DNA of 64,000 nucleotides from Octopus sinensis (GCF_006345805.1 NC_043020.1:25172001-25236000), one strand, 5' to 3'. Positions 13,201 to 29,350 are shown, counted from the first letter of the stretch. Numbers and translations: made by a program. The notes: generated by a model not told the origin, from the letters alone.

Positions 13201-13616
13201 ACTAAAAGTAAAGGATGTGACGTTCCCAGGAATACTTCTAGACGTCGAAAGAAATCCGGCTGACCTGTTAAAGGCGGTGCGTAGACTGATACGAGTCGAA
13301 AAGCGCACTCATTGCTGCCGTCGACATCCAGAACGACCAGTCTACCCCCCGGGTCTACGAATATCGTCTTGACTTCGAGATCCAGGCTCTTGTGAAAAAG
13401 TACCGCGGTGCCACTACCGCCCATCCTCGGCAGACAGGGAGCAAAATAAATGTTAAACTGTCCGCCAAACATGGACTTTAAGGCCCGTGGCTCGTGGAAT
13501 CTGGTCTCACTTATGGCTATGATTCTCAAATCGTGTGACTTGATGTCATTTAGGAGGTCTCCTTGTTTCCAAGGGGACCCCAAGCCACGCGCATTCACAC
13601 AACCAATCTTGACCAT
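10275..13616 (-). pseudogene. Tx1 copy B ORF2 (APE endonuclease, reverse transcriptase, C-terminal zinc finger), frameshifted
   Basis: MVKIGCVNARGL..IAISETRF, LLVGDWN, SYLDRIL and YTDHK (APE); NFRPITLLNADLK, LDQSKAFDRVDH, QGCPLS and AYADDVT (RT); CPRC..ETVLHAIMQC. It is split over five ORF-track pieces. Confidence 0.92.
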
Positions 13617-13666
13617 GATTCTATTGGGGTGTGTGCTTTAAAACACAAAAAGGAAGGTACAGAGAG

Positions 13667-15755
13667 TTACTTACTTGTGTCGAAAGTTTTGGCTTCCTCG
13701 TCCTTTGATGTGTCTTGGAGGAGTTTTTTATAGAGTTTTTGTGACAGGTATTTTTGGAACCCCCCAACCTCATTTGGAAAGGGCTTTGAGTGTGTGGTGT
13801 TGTGTTTGTGTGATGTGTAGTATTTTGATGTGTTTGGGTGCTGTAGTGCGTGGATGGTTGTTAGTTTTGAAGTCATCTTCACAGATGTTTGTGTGGGCTG
13901 TGATGTACTCCATTAGTTTGGAGTCTTTGGTGTCTATCGCTGATAGCATTGTGTATGTTTTTGTGGTGTTGGTGCTTGTTTGGTTGTGTATGGAGCTTTC
14001 AGGGTTCAGGTATCTCCCTGCTTTGGTTGCGTTTTCTTGTTTGTTTTTTTATCTTTTTCTTTGACCCCCGGTGGCTATTTGCCATTCTGTCGAACTTTCG
14101 CCGTTGGACGACAAGTCCGACGAATCAGGAGGGGGTAAAGGCAAAGCATTTGCGTTAATATGTATGTTTGTAGAAATTGTTGATGTTTTGTGCGGTGTTT
14201 GTGTTGTTGGGGTGTTAGGGGTAGAATTTGTCTTCTCGTCACTGTTTTCTGTTTTTTGTTGTTGTCGTCCTTGGTGCTGGTGTTGGTCTATGTTTTGGTG
14301 TTGTTTCACTATGTTGAATTGGTTGCGACGTCAACGATGATTGTGCTGGTTCTGTTTCTTTTCTTGGTGATGTTGTTGGGGTTTGTTTGCTGGTTTGTTG
14401 TTTTTCTTGGCATTGTTCCATCATTGAGTGTGGTGTTGGTATTGGCAACAAAGGTTTTTTGTTTGTTTTCTGATTTGTTCTTTCTTGTTTTCTCTGTGCT
14501 AGAGCTCACTTTGCAATTAAATGTTCTGGGCTGCCACAGTTGTAGCATCTTGGCTTTTTGCCTTCTGCTACAACATATAGGCTTTGCCCATTTTCTAAAT
14601 GGATCCTATCAGGAAGTTTCTCTATAGAGGACCCATCAATCTGGATGGTCACTACTATTGATTTACCACCCCAATTGTCATTTTTGTACTCGGCGATTTC
14701 TAATACGTTTATCGTTTTTAAATTATAACATATCGCCGATGTTATCCATTTGGGTGGTATGTCTGTTGGGACATTTTTAATTGTATTTTTTCTCACTCTT
14801 TGGCCTTTGTAATATGGTATCATGATGATTTCATCATTTTGCAGAGGCTCCGTAGAGTGAGCTTTTGCCACTTCCTGGTTAGGGAAGCGGACCACCACTG
14901 TATTAAACTGGGGACCCCAGTGTGTATATATTCTTCTACTTTCATTATGCTTTTTACACACTTTTCAATGTCCGTTTTTGTGATCTGTTCATTTTGTTTT
15001 TTGATTTTTTTAATAATTTTATATATAATTGTTTGGTTTTCTATTTGTTCCTTTATGTGCTGAGGTGTATGCAATACTAAATCCTGCCCTTGGGTTGTGA
15101 AGAGTGATCTTGTCTCTATCAACTCTTCATTCGTGAACTGAATAATTTCTTTTTTCTGACGCAGAGTGTCAGCGAAATTTACTTTTATATTCTGGCAGTT
15201 GTTGTCATTGTGTGTTTGTGTTGTTGTTGTATCCGAAATATTCTTGGACCTGGCTTTTCCAGGTATTGTTGAATCTGTTATGATAATATCTTCACCATTA
15301 GATTGTAAAATATTTATTTCATTTTTGTTGTTGTTCTTGCTGTTGTTGTTGTCTTTGTTAATTGTATTTGCGTTATTTTCCTTTTTATCATTTATATTGG
15401 TGGTGGTGGTTGTGGGTATATTAGGTGTAAGGTTGCTGATTATGCAATTAGCAAGGGGTGGAAAATTTTCTGCATAATTTGCCTCTGTGTTTGAGCAAAT
15501 TTCGGCAATTTCTTTCTCTCCTTCACTTGTTGGTGGTGGAGGGAACAATGGCTGAAGGGAATTGTTGTTGTTGTTGTTGTTGTTATTGTCGTTCTTGGTG
15601 GCGGCGGTGGTGCTAGTAGCAAAGGAGGCAGTCGTAGTAGCAGATATTGTAGTGGCGACATTCGTATTGACGGCACGGTCTTTGGTGGCGTGGATCTTGG
15701 TATTGTTATTGTTGTTGTTAGCAGAGGTAGCAGTTGTGGTAGCAGAAGCTGCCAT
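13667..15755 (-). pseudogene. Tx1 copy B ORF1 (Thr/Asn-rich N-terminus, possible RRM-like region, zinc knuckle), frameshifted
   Basis: The ATG at 15755 is in an accaccATGG context. CYNCGSPEHLIAK-TGA sits where CX2CX4HX4C is expected. The pieces 14820-15935, 14506-14961, 14309-14548 and 13667-13882 lie directly upstream of ORF2. Confidence 0.7.
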
Positions 15756-16174
15756 GGTGGTGGTGTCGGTGTTGATGGTGGTGGTGACGGTGCTTGGCCT
15801 TGCGGCCTTTGTTTTATAGTTGTTGCTGTTGTCGATGCTAATGGTGGTGGTGGTGGTGGTGGTGTATGTAGCGTTCAAGCAGTCAAGTTCAGCGCGTGGT
15901 GACAGAAAATCTTGCTTTTTATGTTTTGGCGTCACGCTTCAGTTGCGCCTCAGCCTCGTGGTGACCAGTAGCTATTTTTGAAAATAAAAATGGCTAAAAT
16001 ACAACACGAGGCCTACAAGAATTTTTTTAAATTTTGCCCACACAGATATTAGTCAAGGTTTGCACTGGATGTTGTTGCACAACTTTTAAATACAAAATAT
16101 TTAACAATAAACACTTTTGAACATACAAAATGACCAACTTACTTGGAGCCCATTTGACTTGCATCTGTCTGTCC

Positions 16175-18035
<1,861 letters not shown>

Positions 18036-21000
18036 AGTTTCTTTATTGGCCACACAGGGCTGCACACAGATGGGACAAGTTACAAGGTAGAGCTTTTCTT
18101 TTGGGGGATGAAAAAAACAAAAAAAAAACAAAAAAAAAGAAACAAAAAAAAGTGGTGTAGGTTTTCGATGGTGTAGGGATCGTAAAAGGGAAAAAAGAAA
18201 AAAATAGAAAAAAAAGGAAAAAAAAGGAAAAGAAACAAAGGAAAAGAAAAATGAAAAAAGAAGAAAAAAGGCGAAGAGGAAAAAAACGATCGTGTATCAC
18301 AGTGTCATGATGTACGGTGTAAAGAGGAAAGCAGATAAGGTTTATCCGTGGGAAGAAAAGCCTACGAAAAAGACCACGTTAACCTCGGTCAATATTGTTA
18401 TATGTTACCACATTTGTTTGCAAGTGGGTAACCCTCTGTTTTCAATTTCTGGGTTCATAGGATTATGCTCAAGGTGGCTTCGTCATTCATACGTGCCATC
18501 CTTGCTACATTCACCCATCGTTTTTTTTTAACATTCGCTAGACAAAACTTGCCTCTCTACTCTCACTTTCCTTTTCAGGTGGTACTTGAAGAAGTTGATG
18601 AGAGATTGACCAGAGAGGAAAGTGTTTGTCTCCAATCCTTTCAGAGCGTCCACCAGATACATTCTTTCGCCATAGCCACAAGGATGATGAAAATAGCTCC
18701 CGTTTGAAGGAAGGAGGCGTGACGATATTGACGATAGACTCAGCTGATAAACCGACTCGTCCCACACGTGACAGCAGTTGTTCGACATAAGCCCACAGGT
18801 CAGAATTTTGTTGGACACTGCACGAGTGCGTGCAGAACGGTTTCGTCGCTCTGCCCGCATCTCGGGCAGGTCGGCCCCGTGTTTCTCGAGCTGTGTCTAT
18901 AGAGCTTCTCGGTAGCACTGCCAGGCCAGGGATCTCTGGAAGTTGTCCATGGGTCCTGGCCCGAAAGTCGTCCCGAACAGGCAGGTCAGGTATTCCTCGT
19001 CGACGCCCAGGTTTGCCCCAAGCTCGTCGTCGTACCTCCCCTCCACTAATCCCCTATAGAATGATTTGGTTGTGATGGAGTCATTCAAGGTCGACCCGGG
19101 ACGGCAGAGTTGCTTGAGAGCAACGCGACACTCGCGGTGCCATTCGCCCTTCCTCGGCCTCTTTTTGATCCACGACTGCAGTTCTGTCATGGGGACGAGC
19201 TGCGGGAAAGCGTGCCTCACAAACGGCGACCACACCTGTTCACCGTCGTCTACATAGAGCCTGAGATGTCGCAGTCTCAGCGCGCGTCTGCGCATCATCA
19301 AACACGGCATGCCCAGTCCTCCTTTTAACGGGTGTTGACAGAAAATGGATCGCCTGACCATCGTGATGCATCCTTTCCACAAGAAGCGAAAGAGAATGCG
19401 TTGTAGTTCGGTGATGGTAGGGTCGGGACAAGGTACGACGGTCAGGCGGTAGTGATGTACGTGTTCGACACCTCCGCCCGACCTTTTAGGGACAGTTCCC
19501 TCTCGGCCCATTGCCGGGCGAGAGTGACCACCCTACTCGTTATCTCACTCCAGTTCTTCTCCATTTGGAGGTCCGGACCGAACCAGACCCCGAGCAACTC
19601 AACCGGACCGTCGGTCCAGCGTCCCACGACGGAGGTACTAGTGGACGGCATGGGCTTGCTTCTCCAGGTGCCTAGTCGCAAGCCCACTGACTTTTCCCGG
19701 TTGATTTTCGCTCCTGTCACCGCTTCGTAGTTTTTCAGTGTCTCGCCGACCTGCTCGATGTGCTCGTGGCTAGAAACTATGACGGTGACGTCGTCCGCGT
19801 ATGCAGACACGCTCGTCCTGCATCCCAATTCTCGCGGGATGCCCCTCAGAGTTGCCAGCTTCCGCAATAATGGCTCGAGAGTCAATCAATACGTATAGAA
19901 GCGACGAGAGAGGGCATCCCTGACAGACCGAACGTGCGATGTCGAAAGGTCTCGATAGATGTCTATTTACGCGAATTACCGAACGGATGCCTCTGTACAA
20001 AGCGGCTATCCAGCCGCGGAAGATGGGACCGAAACCAGCCGCTCTGAGGACTGCCTCCAAGTATCGATGGTCCACCCCATCGAAAACATTCGATTGATCC
20101 AAATTGATCAGCGCCCCACCCATGCCAGGTTCGTTAACTACCCTCTCTATGATGTAGCGCATCAGGTGGAAGTTGTCATGGATGGTCCGGCCCGGCACGG
20201 CGCACGTTTGCGCCTTGTCGAACAGTTTCTCGATGACAAGCGCCAACCTTTTGGCTAACACCAAGTCTGCATTAAGCAGAGTGATGGGCCTAAAGTTATC
20301 TATTACATTTCCCTTGTTTAGATCTTTCTTCAGCAGTGTTACGGCTCCTCGGCTCACAAAACCAGGAATGCTCCCGATTTGCTGCCAGTTGCAGTACACC
20401 GCTGCCAAGACGTCTCCAAGCAAGTCTGGCATACAACTGTAAAGCTCGTAGGGTAGACCATTCAAACCCGGCGATTTGTCCCCCGATCATTCTGCCATCG
20501 CGTCCTGCACATCCGCCGCCGTGATGGCACCTTCGCAGCACACTGCCTCTCTTGTCGAGAGTCGTGGTAGGCTGTGCAATTAGGCACTGAAGTCCACTCA
20601 ACGTTCTTGCCCGCCACTGGCCCCGAACTGTCGGGCAAAATGCTGTTGAAAGGCCTCACACATTTTACTTGGCTCGATCAATTCGCGCCTCTGTTCATCT
20701 ATAAGAGACCGAATGGTGGATTTGTTGCCCTGTTGCGCCTCTGCCACCCGGGCCTCTCTCGCGGCTCCAACACCTTCCATCCTTAGAGCACGCATCCTAG
20801 CCCTGACAGCACACCCTTCGTGTTTGGCGTTGAAGTGTTGGTCGAGGGCCAACCTCGCCGCCAAAACGTCGGATGCGATGCCGCTTCTAATTGCCTCTTC
20901 TAGCTTCTTAACTAGCTCACCCTCTACTCTATTCCTATCTATGGCTAGTGCTTTGCTGTACCTAATCGCTTCTGCTTTTACTGCTGTTTTGAGGGCAAAC

Positions 21001-21060
21001 CACCATTTGTTGTTGATGATGGCTCCCGTCAAAGCCCTCTTTACTAGTGTGCTAATCCGC
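18036..21060 (-). mobile_element. Tx1-type LINE copy D, 5'-truncated (endonuclease-RT linker to 3' UTR), bounded by (GATA)n
   Basis: RISTLVKRALTGAIINNKWW, NFRPITLLNAD, QGCPLS and AYADDVT are present. The 3' end is ggccaataaagaaact followed by (tatc)n. Confidence 0.92.

Positions 21061-21145
<85 letters not shown>
21061..21145 (+). repeat. (GATA)n array at the 5' junction of copy D
   Basis: Seen directly. Confidence 0.97.
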
Positions 21146-21406
21146 TGAGGAGAGTGAGTGAGTAGAAATATGATTTTACATTTTTCACATCTTTCTAACT
21201 CCGAAACGCGTATACAGTTAATCAAAGCCGGATAGATTCGTTATTTTTTCTCTTTACCTGCGTGAGTTGTTGAGTATTGTTGTCTGGGAGATATCTCATA
21301 GCAGTAGAATTATAGTTTTTAACTGCTATTTCTAAATTTCGGTATGTGGTGAAGCAAATTTTGCTGAACCCTAATTATAATTATACTCATAATTATAGAA
21401 TTTGTG

Positions 21407-21407
<1 letters not shown>

Positions 21408-21447
<40 letters not shown>
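21408..21447 (+). repeat. (GATA)n microsatellite
   Basis: Seen directly. Confidence 0.95.
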
Positions 21448-21448
<1 letters not shown>

Positions 21449-23979
21449 CCAAATCCCTTTCGCAGAACACTGATTGACTCTTCGCCGCCTCTGCAAGAAA
21501 TCTTTTGGCACAAGGTAACGTGCAGTGGAATGGTGCCTATGCCAAGAAGTTTGAGAATCGATACACATCTTCGTCACATGGCTATACCTACATGCTGTAT
21601 GCAATAACATTTAATATTTCCCCTAAAATAATCTGAAAAACGAGTCAGTAATTTTTCTTGCATATTGATAATTTAGTTGTTAAGATAAAATTATTTCCAT
21701 TTCTTTCTCTCATCTTTTCTGTGAATTCCATCTCACTTTATACCTACTCGCCCTTTCTCAATAAATCTTATTTTTATATATCGTTAAAAACATCGTTTAT
21801 TTTTTCACCGCCTTTTCTTCTTTTCTTACATCTGTAACACAATAAATAGAGGACCGTCCCTGATTGAGGTTTCATTAATTCGGGAACAAATTTTCTACCA
21901 GTCACGTTCTTTGTTTAATAATTCTTTTCTTTTTCTCTTCCTTGCATTTTTCTTTCTCGCCATATTAAATTCTTTACGCATGCTTTCTCTGAATGGCTTT
22001 TGACTTTAAAAAGCGAAGATAAATTTTGAAATATTTAACTGCCATGTTGAATTAGGTGGTTGCCATGTTTTAATTACCAAAAATACACATCGTTAAGAAG
22101 TAAAAATAATTTTCTTCTCACTTTTCCTCCTTGCCCACTTCCAAAGAAAGGAGAGGTGGCATTTACTGGATATGGTGTCTTAAAAAATTGTTAAAACGAA
22201 ATGACATTTCACATAATAAGATTGCATATCGTGTTTAACGAAATTTCTACACCTTTCTCTCGTGTTCAAATAGTTAAAAAATTTTTCCGGTTTCTTTTTT
22301 TGCTTCTTCTATTCCTACTAATGTTATTTACGCATTTGATATTTCTTGTCTTCGTAAAAGCTAAATAAAATTTAAAATTTAATGGTTAAAAATGGAGCGC
22401 GGAATTTTCTGTCATTTTCTGCAATTTTTTTCTGAAATTTCCTGTAACTTTTTGCGTTGTCACATAAACGCTAACACGTTCCTCTAATAGTTTAAAGTCC
22501 CTATAAATTAGTGCTGAATGCCAAAGTTAGGAGAATGGGAAAATCTAAGCTCGATGGTGGCGAATGAAAGAATAGAATTTATTTGAAATAAACGGAATTA
22601 ACAGCTTTTATTTTTATTCCATTTGGAAAAGTTAAAATAATTTTTTGAACAGAACAGAAACCAGTCAAATCAAACTATGAGCTACAAGGCACCACTTCGA
22701 CCGTTTGGTTTCAGTCCATCATATTCTTTATAGAAGCTGAATAAGGGGAGTGGCCCTAAACAGAGGCTTCTCTGTTCATAATAATCCCATGGATCTCACT
22801 CAAATCTCAAAGCAATGAAGAGAGCAAAGAAACAGGTCAGAATAATCTACGGGACCAATAAAGATCAGTAAAAGCAGGATGATAATTATTGGAGCACATT
22901 TGACCATAGATCTCTTCGATCTGGCTTGATTTCGGACTCAACAACAAGAAACAAACAATGTTTTTAAAATATAACATCCAGATAATCTAAGAACATCCTT
23001 GCTGCTGCTGGTGTTACTGTTGATGATGTTCATGTTGTTGTTGTTCATCTGTTCCTTAGACTGCGGTTTGCCTGGTCAGTTAACACTGACCAGGCAAACT
23101 TGTACTCAAAGGCGTTCCCGCAATGACCATCATCGTCTCTTTGCTTATTTCGACCCACATCGGTGGATCAGCAGACTCGTTACGGCGTGGAACAGAACTT
23201 TTGATAGTATTTGTTCCAACTCTCTATTCTCTGAGTTCAAATCCTACCAAAACTAAATTTGCTTCTCCTTTTTCTAGAATCTATTATTCTTTTCCAATTC
23301 GATGCGGTGCACTAAGCATAAGTGAAGGAACAACGGACCGGATACTTTGCGGTGTTTGTTCCGACATTTTACATCTTGAGTTTGAATCCAGCCCTAGCCT
23401 ACTTTGGCGATAGATTTTAGTCATTTTCCCAGTTAAACACCACCCTGTGGCAAGCTGGGTACATTTAGTTGACTCTACCCTATTGTAAGCAACCGGACCA
23501 TGGTTTTCCATTTAAAGGAAACCATTGAGAGAATAAAACAACTCAACTGCTGGTCATCATTTTCTCTTCCTACCATCATTTGTATATTCTTTTTTCTTCC
23601 TTCTCCTTTCTACACACACACACACGCGCGCGCGCTTTCGTTGTTGCTGCCGTGTCCCTTAATTCCTTCCCTATTTTTTAAGGTGTCTTTTGCAACCCGA
23701 CCAAAATTACTGTTCTCATGTCGATGCTGAATAAATAAGCAAACAAACGAACAAATAAATAAGTAGAAGCGACATTGAATGAAAGATGTCGATTGTCGAA
23801 ACGAGAAAAAAAAGAACTAAGTCAGTGAAACGAAGTTTAGAGATACAAGAAGTAAAAATTAATAATTAACACTTTCTAATATAAATTAGAGACTCTTAAT
23901 TATTGTACAGTTGATTTGCTGTTGTTGTTCTTGTTTTATTGTTATTGTTTTTCTTTTTAAATCCTCTTTTTCTCTTTCT

Positions 23980-24099
23980 TTCCTCCTTTCTTCTTCTTCT
24001 TCTTCTTCACCTTTTTCGTCCCCGCCATCTCTTCATTGTTCTTTCATTTTTCTTCATCTTCTCTTTCCATTACAACTACTACTACTACTACTACCACTA

Positions 24100-24140
<41 letters not shown>

Positions 24141-24400
24141 GCTGCTGCTACGACTACTGCACTACTACTACTATTACTTGTCTTTATTTCCTTTTCTCCT
24201 GATGTTCTCTTTTTCTTCCTCCTCCTTCTCCTCCTCCTCCTTCGTCTTCTCATCCTACTCCTCCTCATCCTACTCCTCCTCATCCACCTCCTTTTCCTTC
24301 TTCTTCATCTCCTCCTCCTTGTTTTTCTTTTATCTTCTCCTCCTTCTCTTTCTCCATCTCTTCCTCCTTCTTCTCCTTCTCTTCCTCCTTCTTCCCCTTC
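23980..24400 (+). repeat. Compound (CTT)n/(CTA)n/(CTC)n microsatellite block
   Basis: Seen directly. It accounts for the poly-L/S/T/Y ORFs here. Confidence 0.9.
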
Positions 24401-25084
24401 TTCTCGGAATGGTTATTTGTCGCTGGAAGCAATGGCGATATTTTCTCAACAATTTATAACAGGTTTCCTGTTTTCTATTTCTATTTTTCTATTTATTATT
24501 TTTTCATTGGTCTTGTGCTAATGTTGCTGTTTTTGTTGTATTTGTTATTGTTGTTGCTGTTGTGTTTGTGTTCCTGTCGTTTTCGGTTTTGTTGTTGCCG
24601 GTGGTTTCCTTCTTCTTCTTCTTCTTCTTCTTCTTTTGCTTCTTATTGTTGTTGTTTTTACTGTTACTATTATTCGATATTATTTAATTACTGTTACTCA
24701 GCTCCATGCTTTTCAGTAGTAGTAGTAGCAGCAGCAGCAGCAGCTTTGCTTTTCTTGTTTTGCTATGATTGTTGTTGTTGGTAGTGTTCTTATTTTTCTT
24801 GATTTTTCTTTGTTTTTCGTTAATATTCATTTTGTTATCGATGTGAGAACATATGAAATTTTTCCATCTCTTCGAAACCTCGTATAAAATAATTCATATT
24901 TTGTTTTCTTTTCTGTTTCATTGATAATCTTTAACTGTTGTCGTTCGAAAGATAAGAATTGTGATAAGTAGCAGAGCTGTGTGGTTCGTTTCTCATTCAG
25001 CACCGCGATGGACCTTTAACTAAAGCCTTGAGTTTGCACACGGTTGAGAAGAAAATATGCTAGAGGGAAACGATACCCCAAAGG

Positions 25085-25142
<58 letters not shown>

Positions 25143-25262
25143 ATACATGCATTTGTGTGTGTATGTGTGTGTGTGTGTGTAAATCTAAACAAACAAATGT
25201 TTGGGTTTTTTGTTAGAAGCGCTGAAAATTTGTATTGTATGATACGAATAAGAAGGCGGCCT

Positions 25263-25522
25263 TTTTTCGAACGCAGAGTTGCCATTACAACAGCATAAAT
25301 ACTGGGTAAATCACCCTTAAAAGGCGAAAGAATTTGTCAACAGCCAATCATGGGTCTCGAATCCATATCCTTCAAAGATTCTGGCTGGGGGCTTTACCAT
25401 TGTCAACGGACAGTTTAGCTTATTGGATTCGAGTCCCATGGCTGGTTGACAAAATTTCCCACCTTGTAAAGGTAATTTACTTAGTATTTCTATTGTTTTC
25501 ACGGCAACTCAGCTTTCGAAAA
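25263..25522. mobile_element. MITE-like fold-back (~100-bp imperfect inverted arms, ~55-bp spacer)
   Basis: 25263-25368 aligns with the reverse complement of 25422-25522. Confidence 0.75.
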
Positions 25523-25652
25523 GATATTCATCTCTTTATTTGTATCATAAAATGCTGTGTAGAATAAACTATATTTACCTCTCACAGATTGAGCTACTGT
25601 TTTTGTTGATCCTAAGAATAACAGAACAGAAAATTTACATACATAAATATAT

Positions 25653-25694
<42 letters not shown>

Positions 25695-25700
25695 ATATAG

Positions 25701-25756
25701 TATTTTGTTCCTTTATGCATTTCAACCCAAAGACTGTGGCCATGCTGGTGCACGGC
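25701..25756 (-). mobile_element. SINE family 2-type 3' tail fragment
   Basis: The minus strand reads gtgcaccagcatggccacagtc...tgaaatgc. Confidence 0.55.
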
Positions 25757-26560
25757 CAATATCATAACTTTTTTACTATAGAATCTGTTTACTGGTCTCC
25801 ACTCTCGAAGAGGAAATTTTCACTGACTCCAATAATCTTTTTCATATGAGCTCTAATTTCCATACAAGGAAATTTTTATCTCCTACTCACAATCTCCACT
25901 CCACACAAATATAGCCTGCATTTCGCTATATGTCATTCTTACAGAGGGCACCACTAGGAAATTTTCCACTGCCATTATTTCTATGAGCTTTGATCGAAAC
26001 CGAAAACGGTAGACATACTCGTCTTTCTAAGTCCTTAATAGTGAATTCCATTCCGCTGAGGAGACTGAAGCATGTCCTTCGTTGTCGTTATAACTACCAA
26101 AGATAATATTCACTGTCAGCGCGCTTGCTTCCCTGTAAACTTGCTTTGAAATTGAATTTACATTTTGAAATTTGCAACTTTTCTTAGGCACCAAAAAAAA
26201 ATTTTTCTTTCATTTGCATATTCTAACCTTTTCCTCGTTAGAGTTGTAATTTCACTTATATGAAATGGTTACAGACTCCCTACTTCATAGGAATTAATGT
26301 GCACTCAGCAGTATATTCTACGTGCAGAACTTTTCAAGGGTTATTGCTTAATGCCGTCATTTTAATTTGTTAATCATTGAACGGTCTTCAGAGAAAATAT
26401 TATGTCCTTTTGACGCTCTATGTTCTTGACGACCGAATTCCACTTAACAGTTCTACTACATGCAGGTCTACACTTGGTTAGTGTGGGAGGAAAATTCTTC
26501 AATAACTTTTCATAAGTCAGAAAAAGCAAGCACTCATATGTTAGGTAAGAAAGTGAGTAA

Positions 26561-26750
26561 ATTATTATTATTATTATTATTATTCCTTCGTAACACTGTG
26601 TAGGTAAAAATGCACCGGTGTCTTTAGTCATCTGTGAAGTCACAAGAGCCTCAGATAGATAATACTTTCCTTAAGATGTGCGCTGTGCCCAATAAGGCTG
26701 CTTTTTGCAATCTTGCATGGTATTTCCAGTTAAGAAGTTTTAAAGTTTCA
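26561..26750 (-). mobile_element. R4/Dong-type REL retrotransposon 3' end with (AAT)n tail
   Basis: The minus strand gives RLQKAALLGTAHILRKVLSI*. It is flanked by (AAT)n on both sides. Confidence 0.75.
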
Positions 26751-26754
26751 TGGA

Positions 26755-26790
<36 letters not shown>

Positions 26791-26848
26791 GTTATTGTTA
26801 TTGTTGTTGTTGTTATTGTTGTTGTTATTGTTGTTATTATTATTATTG

Positions 26849-27827
26849 ATACGTAGAATGTCGTCAGGCGCTCACAGTCCTATACCAGTCGTGCAATGGG
26901 ATCGGTGGATATTCTGCTTTAGGAGGATCAGTGGAGGAGAAGTGCAACGACGTTCTCGGGGAGCCTCTGGGCGCCAATGAAAACGAATAAACGAAAGAGG
27001 ACATTCCGGTCGGGAATTATCATGGATAATTTCCAGATGTCCTTGGCCTGGCAATGCTACCGGAGGGCGCTATCGATTCGAGATAAACTCTACAAGTACG
27101 GATATGCTGTCAGACGAACTTGTCCGAGGTGCGCGCAAAGTGACGAAACCGTTGTGCATGCACCCGTTCAGTGTTCGGGCTTTGTTGACTTGTGGGGTGA
27201 TGTCAAACAACTGTTGTCACGTGAGGAACGGATCCGCCAGTCGGCCGAGTCTGTAGAGTTGATCGCATCACCGCCCTCCTTTGATCGGGCAAGCAAGGCA
27301 GTTTTCCTTTGCCTGGTGGCTGTGGCGAAAGAGGTTGTTTGGTGGACAAGGCTGAAAGGCATGAGGACAGATACTTTCCTCTTTGATAGAACTTTCATTG
27401 ACTTCTTGGAGTTTCACTTGAAACGGAAACTGAGAGTGGAGAGAGAAGTGTTGTCCTTGAGTGAGTTTATTGAAAGGCGAGTGAAAGTTGCAGAAATGGC
27501 AAGAATGGATGGTCCCTCTCTCAGTGTAGACATGTAGATCGGAGAGAAGGAATTACAGAGCACTTGCCTTTGGTGTTCAGGGACATCTCGGAGATTGGGG
27601 TTCCTTGATTATCCTCAGAGGTACATCTGTATCAGGAAGGCTATATCTCTATTATCCATTCCCTCCTTTTTTTAAAATCTATGTGTATGTCCCTTCTTTT
27701 TCAGTGTTTACCTTGTATACTTTCTTTCATTTTTTTAATAATTTCATGATATGTAAACCCCTAAACTTTATATCAGTCTTTGTATTGTTCCCCTCATCCT
27801 TCACCCTTGTGGAAAATAAGGGAAACC
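26849..27827 (+). mobile_element. Tx1-type LINE copy E, degenerate 3' fragment
   Basis: MDNFQMSLAWQCYRRAL..CPRC..ETVVHAPVQC..KEVVWWTRLKG. The 3' end cccttgtggaaaataag is followed by (ATT)/(CAT)n, and the 5' junction abuts (TAT/TGT)n. Confidence 0.85.
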
Positions 27828-27833
27828 ATTATT

Positions 27834-27880
<47 letters not shown>

Positions 27881-27919
27881 TATCATTATTATTATTGTTA
27901 TTGTTATTGTTATTAGTAA

Positions 27920-28108
27920 TGCGGTGATCTAGCAGAGTCGTTAGAACACTGGACGAAATACTTAGCGTTATTTCGCCCGTTGCTACGTTCACTGCTCAAA
28001 TTCTGCCGTGATTGACTTAGCCTTTCATCCTTCGGGATCGATAAATTAAGTACCAGTGAAACACTTGGGTTGATGTAATCAACTAGTCCCCTCCCTACAA
28101 ATTTTAGG
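27920..28108 (+). mobile_element. tRNA-derived SINE, family 1
   Basis: It has the shared body gcctttcatccttcgggatcgataaattaagtaccag. Confidence 0.82.
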
Positions 28109-28136
28109 TCCATCATCATCATCATCATCAGCATCA

Positions 28137-28167
<31 letters not shown>

Positions 28168-28341
28168 AGCCACATGGCAGCCGATATTTTCCATTCAGCC
28201 AATTTCCGATGATTATTAAATTTACCTTTTCAATTTTTGTCAGGAAACCGTCCGGTAACATTAATTGGCTATCAATGGATTATAATATTTATTATATGTG
28301 CTGTATCTGTATGTATATATGTTTGTGTGTGTGTTCGTGTA

Positions 28342-28388
<47 letters not shown>

Positions 28389-29249
28389 GTGTGTGTGTAT
28401 TTATGTATATATATGTATATGTATTAGTACGTACATGTATGTGTGAATGTGTATGTCAGTAAGTCTGGGGGTGTGTGGATGTGTGTGTATTCCTTAACTT
28501 GGTTATTTCTCTTATGCTTTTGGTATATCGTTCTTGTTGAAGAATATTTTGCAAAAGCAGGACTTGTGTATATATGTATGTGTGTAACTCAAACGATATT
28601 TTTTTGTTTTTTGTATGGGTTTCTCACTCTTTATTTGTCTATTTTGTTGTGGGGGGTGTTCTCTTTTGTATGTTTTCGAGTGGGACACTATTTTAGCCAC
28701 TTCTTCATTGGTCAAACTTCTTCAAAAGAATCAATTTAATCTCCAGAACCAAAATATAAAAATGATTTAACACAAAAGAAAAAATACTAACCATTTTTCA
28801 AAATCCTATTTAAACATATTTTCTCTCCACCCCTTTTTTTTCAATTTTTTATTCTTTCACACATTTAAAAAAAAAAAATTTTCTGGTGAGTTTGTTCCTT
28901 TCCTTGTTTTTGTTATTTTTCATGGCGTTTGCTTGTCTTTTAATCCGACCCTTTCTCAGAATAATGTAGCAGAAAGCATTTCAACAACAAAACGATACAC
29001 AAACAAAACAAGAAACCAATTCTTTTATGTGGCTTCTTCATTCATATCAACTTCCATGTTACCATTTCTGCAAATTCTTGTAATGAAAAGATTATTCTCA
29101 CCTCTTTTGCCCTCGAGTTCCGCCCGAGAATTTAAAAAATAATAATCGCAACAAGAAACAATAATACCGATACTAATAAAATAACTACAACAATAACAAT
29201 AATTTCAATAATAGTAACAATAATAATAATAATAATAATAATATAATAA

Positions 29250-29350
<101 letters not shown>

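Noticed and set aside
21466-21514. Possible 49-nt plus-strand exon (TLIDSSPPLQEIFWHK)
   Set aside because: There is no homology I can recognise, and adjacent sequence resembles a decayed hAT-type end (aagtttgagaatcg).
25810-25970. Three GGAAATTTT motifs (Rel/NF-kB-like)
   Set aside because: These are short AT-rich motifs that are likely by chance at this base composition.
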